Shown piece by piece: positions 25,743-39,600 of a stretch of 64,000 nt of DNA. Position 1 is the first letter of the stretch. Every line of letters starts with the position of its first letter. This DNA comes from Macrostomum hystrix (taxonomy: Eukaryota > Animalia > Platyhelminthes). The notes below the pieces were generated by a model, which saw only the letters and a program-made list of their open reading frames with translations, was not told the DNA's origin and did no database searches. The position numbers and the translations under genes are program-made. The stretch spans positions 14,818,001 to 14,882,000 of the forward strand of contig CATNEN010000039.1 in assembly GCA_950097015.1 (NCBI GenBank). Direction: 5' to 3'.

Positions 25743-26040
25743 ATTTGGTGTCACTAGACCCGCAGCCTGCGAGGAGGCAATTCTGCCCATTCTGCTGACT
25801 CCTGAGCACACAGCAAACAGATACCGCACGCTGGCACACGCGCTCACAGGTGTGTACATCAGCCCTGACTTTCTCATCGCCAGGCAGTGTACACTCTCTC
25901 AGTGCCTTGGAGGTTGGCCCTCAAGGGCGCAATTTTCACGATATGCTCGCAAGCCTTCTCTCCGCGACTGCGCCCCAAATTAAAATGGCCTCGCCGCGAA
26001 ATCGAGCTCAAGGACCTTGGTGCGAGAGGCAGATGCATTA
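25743..26040 (-). mobile_element. tRNA-derived SINE family A, copy 1
   Basis: Colinear with the reverse complement of 51860-52143 and with 53845-54086 (gtgtacatc.gccctgactttctcatcg). Confidence 0.8.
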
Positions 26041-26760
26041 GAAAGATAATTCTATCTGCCTGAACGTCGTCGACAATACGTTTGTTACTTAAATGTTTTA
26101 CCAGTTCAAGATCTATTTCGGTATGCCAGAGTTAGGAGTATATTAAAAATATAACATTTAAATTGTGACTGAAAGCTAGTATGACAAAAGAAAAAAACCA
26201 AAATAAACATTTGCTAGCTATGCAAAATACCTGAAAAGTACGGATAGAAACTGTATTATAATATATAAAGGGGATATATGCAACAGAAGAGAAAACATGC
26301 TCGTTCAGTATCAGATAGCTTGTGTGTGATGCAAAAACATAACATTTACTGTAAAATGACAAACAGAAGAAACGGCGATAAAAACAATTAAGGCAGCACA
26401 GAAGGTAAATAGTAACTAGTAAGATACAATTAACTGAGTCATGCAACAGACATGACAACACCATATGACAATTCGAGTTGCATAAGCTTTTCTTAGTGAA
26501 AAAATATGAAAAATTAACTGCACGATAATTAAAGTCAGAAAATAAAAAAAGAACTCAACAAGTCATAAACCTCCAGCCTTAATCCTGATTAGTTAAAACT
26601 GTTTCATTAATTCAGCAACCTTACTCCAACTTGCCTCTGATTGGCTGGGAAAGATTCATCAATTCAGCCGTCTAACTCCGTCTTGCCTCTGATTAACAGA
26701 AAATTTTAATCAATTTGGCCACTTAACACTACTTCCCGACTGATTGGTTGACTCAAAATG

Positions 26761-28074
26761 TCAGTACACTTGCGAATCTCTGAGCGGTCTTCGACGATAC
26801 GGCGGCGCCTCGCCGTATCGATCGGCTGTTCTGTGACGCAGGCTGCTAGCCAGCACCGGATTGTAGCGCGCGTCCATCATGGAGCTGCCGCTGCCGGGCG
26901 CTAGGCACTCGCCCTCGCCCCACACCGGATACTCGTGCGAGAACGGTGCGTACGGGCGCTCGTAGTACCACAGGTCACCGCTGGATTCGCTGCGCCGAAG
27001 TCGCGTCGCTGACGATCGCCGGCGCTGTCCGCGGCGATCGCCTCCTTCACGATGCGTTGGTGAACAGTTCGCGCTACCGCCGCTGTCGCCACCTCCGCCG
27101 CCTCCGCTGCGACCTCGCGACCGACTCCAGTTGGCGGCATAGGCCTCTTCCTCGGCGTCCATCAGTTGTCTTGGCAACCGCAGTCTGGTGTGGATATTGT
27201 GCAGCGCCGGCTTGCGGCCAGTCAGTCCGTCGGCCACGTGACGCACAACGAACGGCGGCCGATCGTCAGTTCGATATCCGTGACGGTCTTCGGCGACTGC
27301 GCCATTCTGCTCGTCCGGCGGCAACGGACGCGGCTGCTGACGTCGGCGATTTCGTCGATTGACCTCCTCCCCGGCGAGGTTGGCCGCTGATCGCCTCGGT
27401 CGCGTCAGTTCGCCGCCGAAGTCGTCGCCCAGACTGTTGGAATAGCTGCTGCGAAGCTCCTCCACCACTGTGTAGGTGCAGAACTCCAGCTTGGGGCTGA
27501 CGCCGGCGAAGTCCACGGTGCGGGCCATCAGTGCCTCGCGACCCGTGTGGCAGGCCGGCTTCGAGCTAGCAGCGCTGGGGAAAAGAAAGTCGCGACCGTC
27601 CGAGTCGAAGTAGGCCAACAGGCGGCTGCCACGGAAGGCGTCTGTGGCCTGTCGCAGCTCGATGGCGATTGGCAGCTCTTCGAGCTGGTCGACAACGTCG
27701 CGCGGATCTGAGGCCGGCCAGAAGTTCTTCTCGAAGCGGAATCGCTCGTGAACGCGCAAAGGAAACACCGGCTCGACTAGACGCGATCGTTTCACCTGTT
27801 GGCAGCGTAGGGATTCATGTAGGGATTGCGGATTGAGTCCATGTAGGGGTTCAGGATGGGAGTCATGCAGGTGTTGAAGAATCATTTACAGACACAAAAA
27901 TTTTAAGTCATCTGACTTAAAATAAAATAATCACAACTCATTTAGCTTCAATCTAACCTGATTTAAAAAATCTATGGTCAGGTAAACATCGTCTCGATAA
28001 GGCAGCCATGTGCCTGGTGATACCACAAGCTCGATTGTGATTTCTGCGGTGCAACGAAATCCTTTGGGAGCCAT
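26761..28074 (-). CDS. SPATA6: SPATA6-family protein; exons 28074-27958, 27795-26761
   Basis: MAPKGFRC..VVSPGTWL..DDVYLTI..VFPL...FRFEKNF..DP.DVV.QLE..RDFLFP..PKLEFCT and RPPFVVRHV match the SPATA6 family; phase-0 GT-AG intron. Confidence 0.88.
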
Positions 28075-28964
28075 TTCTGTAAGTTTAATTCGTGAGTATG
28101 TATAACAAAATAATTGGCTGAAAGTAGGAACGTTTACATATTGTAATGGTAATATTTTTACATTCAATTTGGTCAATAAAAAACATATTTTCTCAAAATC
28201 TCAATATAAAAATCAAGAAAGTATGAAAAAAGCATATTGGTGTGTTTTTAGTTGTGTAATATACATGTAAATAACATACTCGTATAATTGCGTTATTTCT
28301 TTAAAACAAAAACTTCTTAGCTTAATCCAAACAGGGCAATAAATGTATATACTCGTATAACAGAAATATCATTAATATTAAATTAAATGGATGATGATTA
28401 GAAATAAATTATTATAATAAATAATAAATAAATAAATAGATTATTCTGACAATCAGAATAAAAAAGCTAAATATAGCATAAAAACTAAGTTGAATATTTA
28501 AACAATATATTAAAAACAATACAGAAAAAATTCTAGATAGTTCCAGTCAACAAAACATGATTATTTATTGTGGCATTGAAATATGTATATCACAATAGAA
28601 TTTTTTAGAAGAAAATCACAAATTATGCGCAAATGTTGTAACTCAGACAGAGTGACAGCCTTAACAGGTTTTTAGTAAACATTGCGCTTTCACTTCGTTT
28701 TTATGTAACAAATTAAAATAAAAGTTTGTCCAAGATGTATAATATTAGTTTAACCAAGACACCCATTTAAATGAATCGATTATTGAAAGCTACTGGAGCC
28801 GCAAATACTTGGTTCCTCAAAAGAAGTTAAGGACTTAAGATATAATTGAACTACATATGTCAGACTAATAAAACGACGTCTTTATTTCTGCCTTTAAATA
28901 CTTTCATATTAATTAGTTTCGACACAAATCACAGCTAAAATTTCGTCAAAACTTTGCAAAACAC

Positions 28965-28978
28965 GTTGTCTAGGAGAC
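28965..28978 (-). promoter_or_regulatory. Candidate RFX X-box upstream of the SPATA6-like gene
   Basis: Minus strand GTCTCCTAGACAAC, about 0.9 kb upstream of the ATG of a flagellar/ciliary gene family member. Confidence 0.45.
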
Positions 28979-30037
28979 TATCAACTAGTAAAACAACAAA
29001 AAGGGTCCTTGATATTTTACCTTTTTAAAGATGTAAATGATTCTATTTTTTACATTAAAATTTTAAAGACTCTAAAGTGGTTGCATATTATTTGTGTACC
29101 AAAACTTCTAAATTCGCTTTTCCCGCGGTGAAAGTGTCGTTTTTAAATCATCAGAATATATTAATAATATAACGGATCATGTCTAAATCACTTCTCCCGT
29201 GTCTTTACTCTTAACTATCAACTAATTTAATCTCTCCCATGTCTTATCCCTCCTCCGTCCCCTTCTCATATCACCCGTGTCTCATTTTATCTCGTCTCAT
29301 CTCTTCTGTATCTCATATCTTTCCTCTTGTATCATTTTGGATCGTTTTTTATATTGTCTAATATTTTTCATCTCAATCCCATGTAGTGTCTCGTTCTCCC
29401 ATCCTGTCGTTGCTATGTATAAATGTATGGACAGATCAAAAAAGTCTTTTGATGTTTTTATTCTAAAAGAGACAAAATTAAAGTAAAAAAGATTGAAGAC
29501 TTCGTTCTGCTTTATATGCGGCTAAACGTATACCGGATAAAAGGTACTTGAACCATATTTAATACAAATATACAGGAACCAGGTGCAATTTTCATGCAAC
29601 TTGCTTACATTAATTCACTTTATTCCTGCCCTATACTGCCAGTGCAGTCATAGCAGTCAAACTCACGCTATCGTCATGAAGAACATGCAATGCTGCATAT
29701 ATACGGCAATAAATGACTGATTATTTCGACGATAATTTTCGCTGCTTATACAATGCATTTATTTGCAGTGTGATATGTGAGCGATATACTAATTTACCAA
29801 CTGAGGAATCAGCAAATCAGCAAAATGGGTTTTTTAATGCCGAGAAATTTGTTTATCTACTAGTTTCGTTCATGTATTCAACAAGCTCCGAAAATATACT
29901 TGCTTTAATTTTATTTTGGGGTATCGCGGTGCCGTTGTAACTTGTGATAAACAGTGGCTATATATGCATATCATGGATGCTATAAAATTTTATTTAACCG
30001 GCTCAAACATTCTTCAATTGCTTAAACCACACAGACC

Positions 30038-32241
30038 ATGTCTGCTAGACTTTTATTAAACTTTTCCTCGCTTCTCGCGTTAGCAACATGCGGCATCCAT
30101 TGTTCGAATTCGGAATACAAAGCAGCATCATTTGATCAGGCCAAATCTATGGTGGAAACTGATTATAACCCCCAGCTGAGTTACCTTTACCTGGTATTAG
30201 CAGCCGCAGCATATGCTACTGATACTCATAGCTGTTACACGAATAGCCACCTGTCAGATACCTACGGACAGTTGACGAACATCACTAGGGAGATTGTGCC
30301 GGCTAGTCACGATAAAATTAGTGGCACCTGGTCTGGATTTGTAGCTCGACTGCCGAAGCAGCAGATTACGATTGTGAGTATCCTTTATTAGCACAGATTA
30401 CAACCAAGCAAGCATTTCATTTTTAGTATAGTGGATTAGTCCATTTGAGACCTATAGTCCATGGTTGCCACCCCAAAATCTATGGTAAAGACCCTTGGTG
30501 GCCTCTATTATAATCATCGTAGCTACTGATCCCAAACTTATAGGTGCTTATTAGAACTGATCCCAAACTCGGTGCTTATTAGAACTGATCCCAAACTAGG
30601 TGCTTATTAGAACTGATCTCAAACCAGGTGTTTATTAGAACTGGTCCCAAACCAGGTGTTTATTAGAACGGATCCCAAACCAGGTGTTTATTAGAACGGA
30701 TCCCAAACCAGGTGCTCCTTAGAACTGATCTCGAAACAGGTGTTTATTAGAACTGATCCCAAACCAGTTTGTGTGTCAGAACTGATCCCAAACCAGGTGT
30801 TTGTGTGTCAGAACTGATCCCAAACCAGTTATGTGTGTTTAGACAATACTATAGTATTGTACTGATGCAAGTAAAAGTACAATTATGACCAAAACTTTCA
30901 GGTATCCTTCCGCGGCACAATCAAAGACGGCCAGCTACTTGTTGAACTGCTCGACTTGCTTCGTCGGCCGATGGTGGTTTCGCCGATTGGCGGACGGGTG
31001 CAGGCTTATTTCTACCAGGCCCAACTGTCAGTCTGGTCCAAGCTGGAGCCAGCCTTAAAGCGGTTGCGAGCAGCGCATCCAGCTGACCGAGTCGCCGTCA
31101 CCGGCCACTCGCTCGGAGCTGCCATGGCTACGCTGTGCGCCGCGGAGCTGGCAGCCGGAGGCGCAGAGAGGCTGCAGTTGTACACCTTCGGCGAGCCGCG
31201 AGTTGGCGACGTCCAATTTGCGGCCGCCTTTGACCGCGTCATGCAACGGACCGGCGGGATCAGCTGGCGGGTGGTGAACGGACAGGTGAGAGGATGGGGT
31301 GGGATCTGGTGGGATGGGATCTGGTGGGATGGGATCTCGTGGGATGGGATCTGGTGGGATGGGATCTGGTGGGATGGGATCTGGTGGGATGGGATCTGGT
31401 GGGATGGGATCTGGTGGGATGGGATCTCGTGGGATGGGATCTCGTGAGATGGGATCTCGTGGGATGGGATCTGGTGAGATGGGATCTGATGGAATGGGAT
31501 CTGGTGGGATGGGATCTGATGGAATGGGATCTGGTGGGATGGGATCTGGTGGGATGGGATCTGGTGAGATGGGATCTGATGGAATGGGATCTGGTGGGAT
31601 GGGATCTGATGGGATGGATCTGGTAGGATGGGATCTCGTGGGATGGGATCTGGTGAGATGGGATCTGATGGGATGGGATATGGGGTTGGGGTTGGATGGG
31701 ATAAGATGGGATGGGACGGGATGGGGATAAAATATTTTCAGATGGGTTGGTATCGTATGGGATGGAATGTGGCAGTATCCGGGAAAGCAATTTATCTTTC
31801 TAAAATACCTAGCGCAGGTTGCTTGTCTCTCGTTGTCAGTTAGATTCCTTCAGCATTCCATCCGAATTTAAACTCCAAGCACTATATTAATCTTCAACAC
31901 AGGACCTCGTGGTGCACCTGCCACCATGCCGCACGTCAGTGTCGGGCTGCAATACCAAGCATAGTACATCGCCCTACCACCACGGCACTGAGGTGTTCTA
32001 TCCCAATGGAATGCGGCCTGAGACAGGCGCCGGTTATCGCATCTGCCGAGGCCATCCAACGAACGAGGACAGACGCTGTTCAAACTCGCCCAGTGTGTAC
32101 CTACCCTGCCTGATGAAGCCGAGGCGCTGCATTGAAGAGCACGAGCGCTACTTCGGCATCCGAGTCGGCGAGTGGTGGCTGAAATCCGCCTGTCAACCGA
32201 CTAGAATGCCGGGCGAACTGATGCTCGAGAACGTTATTTGA
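30038..32241 (+). CDS. Secreted class 3 lipase; exons 30038-30373, 30902-31285, 31903-32241
   Basis: Signal-peptide-like N-terminus, VSFRGT, GHSLG nucleophile elbow, YTFGEPRVGD, DLVVHLP, YHHGTEVFY; phase-0 introns. Confidence 0.93.
30520..30830. repeat. About 28-bp intronic minisatellite (aggtgtttattagaactgatcccaaacc)
   Basis: About 10 degenerate units in lipase intron 1. Confidence 0.88.
31300..31680. repeat. 15-bp G-rich minisatellite (gggatctggtgggat)
   Basis: Starts about 15 nt after the lipase intron 2 donor. Confidence 0.93.
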
Positions 32242-33622
32242 ATCGATTTTTCGGTGACGTAATTAAGAACTCATTCTTTTGAACTCCTGCTTATCCGAGA
32301 AACATGGTGTTATTCAGCTTTTCCATTTCGAATATTCTAGTTCTGATTTTGTTCGTGACTCGCACACGCGAATGTCGCGATTTGACGAAAATGTGTGATC
32401 ACATGATACTTCAGTTATAGCTGCAGATAACAATTTTGTGCGTTACTATTGGAAAGCCCGGATGATTCTCAAGGTCGTGTAGATTTTCCGTTGGCTCAAG
32501 TGGGTCACGTGAAGGTATTCCCCCGAGTGCTATAAATAGCAAGGCATGGCCGCGGAAATACCGCCAGAATTTTCTGACTTCCACCACAGACCCTAAAAAC
32601 ACTAGATGTGTTTTTAAGGTGGTCACGTGGTTTCTCGATTCCACGCATAGAATGTCGATTTTGCCGAAAGATTGTTTCACTTGGTTAAACAAAGATATGG
32701 TCTATAGAGCCCATATTGCGGCTAAGCCGACTTTCGATTCAAGGTGAGGAATCGAGCAAAAAAACTGTTTTGCATTGAGTTGACACATTTAGTGTTTTAG
32801 TATCTCGGACTGACTTACACCAATAATATTAAAAATACAAAGTCAGTTAAAAACATTTTCAGAAAAACTTCCAGAATAACAAAACATCAGCTTTTTGCCT
32901 CCGTCTGGGAGTCTGGGGGCAAAAACCCACCGTACAGGCATAATTTTCCTGCTCACAAAACATCAGCATGTCACCATGTCGTCTAATATATTTTTATCCG
33001 ATAAAAGTAATTGAAAAAAAATTAAAAAAAAAGGTCGTCTTTTTGAACTTTGGATATGGATTCGCCATAGAGGTGTACGCAGAGCAATGTTAGTTGCCCT
33101 TGTCACCAGGTCTTTGACAAGAATCGCTGAATATCCCGACGACGCTGACGTCAGACGGCTTTGAAAGTTGGTTCATCGTAAAGTGTGGAAAATTTTGATC
33201 CATGCGGTGGACTTTCAACTGTTAATAGGCGGTGTCTGACAAAGAGAAGATAATGTTATCGAACTAGAAGAAAAAGTAATCGTTTGGAATATCATTGAGC
33301 CTATAATTAGACCAGTATTTTTCATTTCATAAAGCTTCAGAGAGGTTCTAAATATAAAGAAGCCGGGAACAGGTAAAGCGAAGTGACCGTTGAATATATA
33401 GTTGTGCTTTTTTATGATAAAAAGATAAATATACCATTGAGCGAATGAACAAAAATAAAGGTTTCTTTTTCAGAAACTACTCTTTAAAGACAGGCTTATC
33501 GACACAGGCTAAAGAGCGAGTTTCTTAAATATAGATTTAGAAAACCTGAATAAATAAAGTCAAGGTCACAACACCCACGGGACACAAGTGCAAACACAGC
33601 CCTTTGAGTTCTTGCCAATTGC

Positions 33623-36600
33623 TCAGGCCTTGTCAATCTGAGCTTTTTTATTACCGGCGTTGATAAAATGAGCCATGAAATCGATGGGCAGCGGAAAAAT
33701 GATGGTGGAATTCTTTTCGGCCGAGATGCTCGTCAGGGTCTGCAGGTAGCGCAGCTGTAGGGCGGTTGGCGACTCGCTGATGACGTCACTGGCCTCCTTC
33801 AGGGCACGAGAAGCTTTCTGCTCACCTTCAGCGGCGATCACCTGGGGAAAAAGGTGGGGGGGACACAGGACCAAGTCACTCCGTCACCAAGTCACTCCGT
33901 CACCAAGTCACTCCGTCACCAAGTCACTCCGTCACCAAGTCACTCCGTCACCAAGTCACTCCGTCACCAAGTCACTCCGTCACCAAGTCACTCCGTCACC
34001 AAGTCACTCCGTCATCAAGTCACTCCGTCACCAAGTCACTCCGTCACCAAGTCACTCCGTCACCAAGTCACTCCGTCACCAAGTCACTCCGTCACCAAGT
34101 CACTCCGTCACCAAGTCACTCCGTCACCAAGTCACTCCCTCACCAAGTTACTCCGTCACCAAGTCACTCCGTCACCAAGTCACTCCGTCACCAAGTCACT
34201 CCGTCACAAAGTCACTCCGTCACCAAGTCACTCCCTCACCAAGTTACTCCGTCACCAAGTCACTCCGTCACCAAGTTACTCCGTCACCAAGTAGTCACTC
34301 CGTCACCAAGTAGTCACGCCGTCACCAAGTCACTCCGTCACCAAGTCACTCCGTCACCAAGTCACTCCGTCACCAAGTCACTCCGTCACCAAGTAGTCAC
34401 GCCGTCACCAAGTCACTCCGTCACCAAGTCACTCCGTCACCAAGTAGTCACGCCGTCACCAAGTCACTCCGTCACCAAGTCACTCCGTCACTGTCGCGGA
34501 AATCATTATTGTTAAACTGTTACCTATCTATTATCGATTTTTCCCCGTGTCCCTTTCCATACTGACCCCCCCTCCAGTCTAGCTTCTGCACCCACCTTGT
34601 TTTCTCTCCCTCTACGCACGTTATTGTATGTTAACCCCAATGTACATCCACCCAGGGTTTCGTACCCTCTTTTGTCTCTCCTCACTGTCGGCCCCAATTC
34701 CTTCCTTGCATATCGAAATATAATATAGTTAGAGGCCCGGGGCAAGGCCTTTGTCGGTCGTACACCTTTCTTGCCCGTTCAAATCAACACCATTAGTTAA
34801 CCTCATTTTCTTAACATGGCGCCCAATGAAATTGAACTTTTGTGAATTTTACGTGCATATCGACTGTGTTAGTCGCATTCGTCTTTCGCCATATCGGACT
34901 CGTTGGCGCTAGTGTCTCGAATATCATTAGCGTCAGTTTCGACTCGTGTCTAGTATATGCCAGCCTATCTTCAGTGAACCCGTTTTCACTTGAGCTGGTT
35001 GCTTCGTTAGAATTCTGCTCGCACTAGGACTCAGCTTCGTCGGCCCGATTTCGGAGTTCTCTGGTCTACTGGTCAACTCTCTCGTCAGCAGCAGTAAGGT
35101 TCTCGGATCCGTAGTCACGTCTCGTTCTCGGTGGATCGGGTGACCGGCTGTCTCATTCTCTCATGTCGCCAGGGTGCTCAAAAGCGGTCCGACTGTAATC
35201 AACGCGTCTTAAGCTAAGCAAAATTTCGTGCCATTCTGCTATACTAATTCTCTAATTGCTCGTTTTCCACTTGTTTTGTTTTCGCTGAACGCTATCCCCA
35301 ATTATTGTTATTTAAAAATTTCGGTTGTTCTGGGTCCATTGCGCTCCCTCCTTGGCTCACTCATTGTTGCTACCCGTTGCTGGTCGCGTTTCCGTTCCTG
35401 ATGTCGTCTCAGATGAAGAAGAGGTCAGTTATTCGTACAGCAGTCACTCGGACTATCAATAGAGCCGAGAAAATCTTGAGTTTGGAATCTCTGGATGCGG
35501 AGGCAAAGGCTGATGCGGAAGCATACAAAGACTTACTCGAGAACAAGCTGGAAGCTCTGGAAGAGGCTGACGCATTAGTTCAGGAAGAGCTGGCGGAAGA
35601 TAAGGTGGAAGCTGAGATTGAAGAAAGTTATGAATATTCGTTTCGTGGTCGCAAGTATATCAAACTCTTAGGAAGCATTTTAGCATCAACTGTGAAATCG
35701 CATTCGCCGGATGCTCCTTCGCAATCTGAGCATAGCGCTCAACCTCAGGCTCAGGCCCTTCCTCAGGTCAAACTTCCTAAGCGTGAACTGCCCACATTCA
35801 ACGGCACAATCGCTGGTTGGCAACCCTTTTGGGATCAATTCTCTTCTTCTGTGGATTCAAATTCGTCCCTCGCTGAGGTTGACAAGTTTAATTATCTGCT
35901 TGCATCTCTTTCCGAATCGGCAAAGGCTTGCATTCGGGGTCTCGCTGTGACTGGTGCCAATTATCAGGCTGCTATCGAGATTCTCACAGGTCGCTTTGGC
36001 AAGCCAGATCTCATCATTAGAGACCTCATGCACCAGCTTTCCGAACTTCGGCTAACGGACACTTCTCTGTTCAGCCTTCAACGATTTCACGACGATGTTT
36101 CGGCTGCTGTCCGCAGCCTAGAAGCTCGAGGCGTGAATCCGACCTCTTATGAGAGTCTGTTGCTGCCGAACTTGCTCAAGCGATGTCCCGACGAGTTTAG
36201 ACTGGAGCTTCTTAAATCAGCGAATCAAGCAGGTGCGGATTGTGATTCCATCAAAGAATTCTTGCGTCTTCTGAGTGCGGACATTGAGGTTTGCGAGAAG
36301 GCTGCCGTCATTGGCAAAAGGTCAGGTCAAGATCGGGATCGGCTTGCCAGCCTGCCAAAGCCTTCGCTTTCTACCTTAGCAGTCCAATCCGGCCCGAAGG
36401 ATTTCTCGAGGGGGTCTGCGGGACAGGTGTACTGCACCTACTGCGGGTTAGGGCACAGGTCCGAAGCGTGCAACAAGTTTGCCACGGTTGCTAGTCGCCG
36501 CGCCCGCCTGCAACAAGAGAATCGCTGTTTTCGCTGCTTGCGCACGGGACATGGGCTTCGCATGTGCAATGATTCACGGAAATGCAGAAACTGCGGAGGA

Positions 36601-39600
36601 GCTCATCACGTGAGCATTTGCGTCCCTGCAACTCATACACCTAAAACTAGCGGTCAGCACATACATGTAGCTCAAAATGAAGGCGGGAAAAAGGGGAAAA
36701 GACCTATGTCACGTGACCAGTGTCTACCGACCTCCGCCGAGCAGACAGATGCCACACTTCAAAAACAGTCTACGTCTACGCTCAACAACTCGAACCCAGC
36801 GTCAGCTGCTGGTTCCTCGGTCACTGTGTGTGCCACACGAGATGATCGGTAATTGTCGGGTTCACCGACGATCTCTTCAAACCATTTTACAGCGACAATG
36901 TTTGTCAGTAGTAATCCATCAGTTGCCCTTCCCGTTGCCAAGGCTATTCTGCTTAGCCCTGACGGTCAACGAGAGATTCTAGTTCGGGTTCTGTTGGACA
37001 CGGCTAGCAATAGGTCATACATTAGGGAAGATGTGTGTGAGCTCTTAGGCATCGAGTCCGCCACAACTGAATCATTGACGGTATCGACCTTCACAGGTAT
37101 CAAGGCTACAATTGCATCAGGTAGCGTCTCAATCTCAATTCGAAAAATTGATTCGCACCAGGTTCTGAAATTGCGTGCTAATGTTGTCAAAGAGATCTGC
37201 CAGCCACAGCGCTCAGTCTTAGTGAACGAATTCCCTCACCTGCAAGGCTTGGACTTAGCGGATCCGTACGACCCGCGTGATGCAAGCACACCGATCTCGA
37301 TCCTAATTGGCGCTGATCACTACTACGATATTGTCGGTGGTGAAGTCGTTCGTGGGCGTGATGGACCAGCAGCTGTGTCGTCCAAGCTGGGATTCGTTCT
37401 CTGTGGACCAGTGAAACTTGGAGACACATTGTCTAGTCGCTCCAGTAGTGCCACGCTTGAAGGCCAGCTCAACGCAACTCAAGCTCTATACTGCTCTGCT
37501 GCTGATCCGCTTGTCATACGAAAAACGCATGAGTGTGAACTCTCAGACTTCTGGAGACTCGACACGCTTGGTATCCTAGGAACTCAGCATGAATCGTCAG
37601 TCGATGCATTTGCCTGTGAACCTCAGCTGGTCAATGGACGCTATGAAGTCAAACTTCCGTGGAAGCTGCCGCAAGAGTCTCGATCGCTGAAAGATCACTT
37701 CGACATGCCATACAAACGCCTGAGCTCGTCGGTGCGTGCTCTTTCCCGGAATCCCGACATCGTCGAGAAAGCGAACCAGATCATTAGAGAACAGGAGGCG
37801 AGTGGCATTATTGAGAAAGTTCCTGGCACAGATCTGCAGGAGTCCGTCGACTGTCACTATCTACCACACAGTTGTGTGACTAAGATGGACAGTGAAAACA
37901 CGAAGTTGCGGATTGTCTTCGATGGCTCTGCACGTGCTGGTCACGGAGATTTCTCCATTAATGACCACCTTCAAGTGGGCCCGACCGACCTTCCCAGAAT
38001 TCCAGCGATTCTTATTCGCTTTCGCCGCAATCCAGTTGCTGTTCTGGGAGATATTGAGAAGGCCTTCCTTCAAATCTCTATTCATGCTAGCGAACGTGAC
38101 AAGCTGAGATTCTTATGGCCTGATCCTGATAATGAACAGCAAATTTTGCATTATCGGTTCTGTCGTCTGCCTTTTGGCTTGACATGCTCACCAGGTATTC
38201 TGAGAACGACCATTCTACATCTAGTTGACACGCACGAGTCGGTCTTTCCGCAGTATGCTCAAATCATTCGACAAGACCTCTACGTCGACAACTTAGTGAC
38301 CAGTTGTAAGTCTGAGGCTGAGGCTCTCGACCTCTACAGTGCAGTCAAACGTCTGTTTGGCCTAGCAGACATGAACATGCGACAGTGGATGTCGAATTCT
38401 GACATTTTCAACCAAGCACTGCCTGCTCAGGATGTTGGTCACGCTGCCAAAGTCTTAGGTATTCAGTGGCACGCAGACCGAGATGCGTTCACCTTGGACT
38501 TTCGCGAGTTGGCGAGTCAAACAGAGAGACCCTCTTCAAAACGCAACATGCTTCGCCTACTCGCGACTGTGTATGACCCAATCGGCATTCTGGCACCCGC
38601 CGTGATTATTGCAAAGGTGTTACTCCAGCAGTTGTGCATCCGGAAAGTCGAGTGGGATGACAATCTTCCGCTGGATATTGAATAGGCCTGGACATCGTGG
38701 CTAAAGTCCTGGTCCAACAGCGTTTTTGAGGTCCCTCGCTACATTTTTCAGGCGTTAGATTCCTTTCCAAGCAACATCGAACTTCACGGCTTCTGCGATG
38801 CAAGTGAGACAGCCTTTGCTGCATGCATCTATGCCCGCGCCAAATCTGAATCTGGCGGTATCTCTACGACGCTGCTCTTGGCAAAATCGCGTGTCGCTCC
38901 ACTTTCGAATCTGTCCATTGCTCGGTTGGAGTTACTGGGTGCACTCATCTTAGCACGCCTCATGCATCTCACGTCACAGCAATTTCCTGACGCTGCTCGC
39001 TTCTTGTGGACAGACAGTTTAACTGCGCTCTGTTGGATTAAAAACACCGACAAGCTACGCAAGTTATTTGTGCAAAATCGGGTCAAGGAAATTCGCAGTC
39101 TAACAGCGGTCTCGGAGTGGCGACATGTGCCCGGTGAGCAGAATCCAGCAGATATCCCATCTCGTGGTTGCTTGCCAGTCAAGCTTCGTGATAATTCGAC
39201 TTGGTTCCATGGACCGCCATTCCTGCTGACTGACCAATACCCCTCTGCTGAGAGCACAGATCTTCCAGCACCCGTTCGCGAAGCCGTTGAAGTCGAATCT
39301 GCTAAGGTGCTTAGTGTGACAGCTTCCGACACAGAGCATTCGGATAGCGTGGCTCTTGACCCACCGGGTTATGGCATCTCAACGCTTCTGGAGATCAAGC
39401 GTTTCTCTTCATTCAACAGGTTGCTCCGCGTGACATCATGGGTCAGGCGGTTCATCTTTAACATGCGTGCTTCCGTGACGAGTTTGCCACTGCTCCAATC
39501 TACGTTTCTAACGGCAGCTGAGCTGAACGAAAGCGAAGTCTTGTGGCTTGGCGCAACTCAGCGGGCGGCCTTCGAAAAGGAGTTCAACCATTTACTTGGA

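Noticed and set aside
32250-33330. Possible MITE/DNA-transposon remnant between lipase and stomatin
   Set aside because: Could not define TIRs, a TSD or a second copy in the window.
36850-36852. Programmed gag-pol readthrough at TAA
   Set aside because: The position is suggestive, but element 2 is open here, BEL elements usually have one ORF, and this copy has other lesions.
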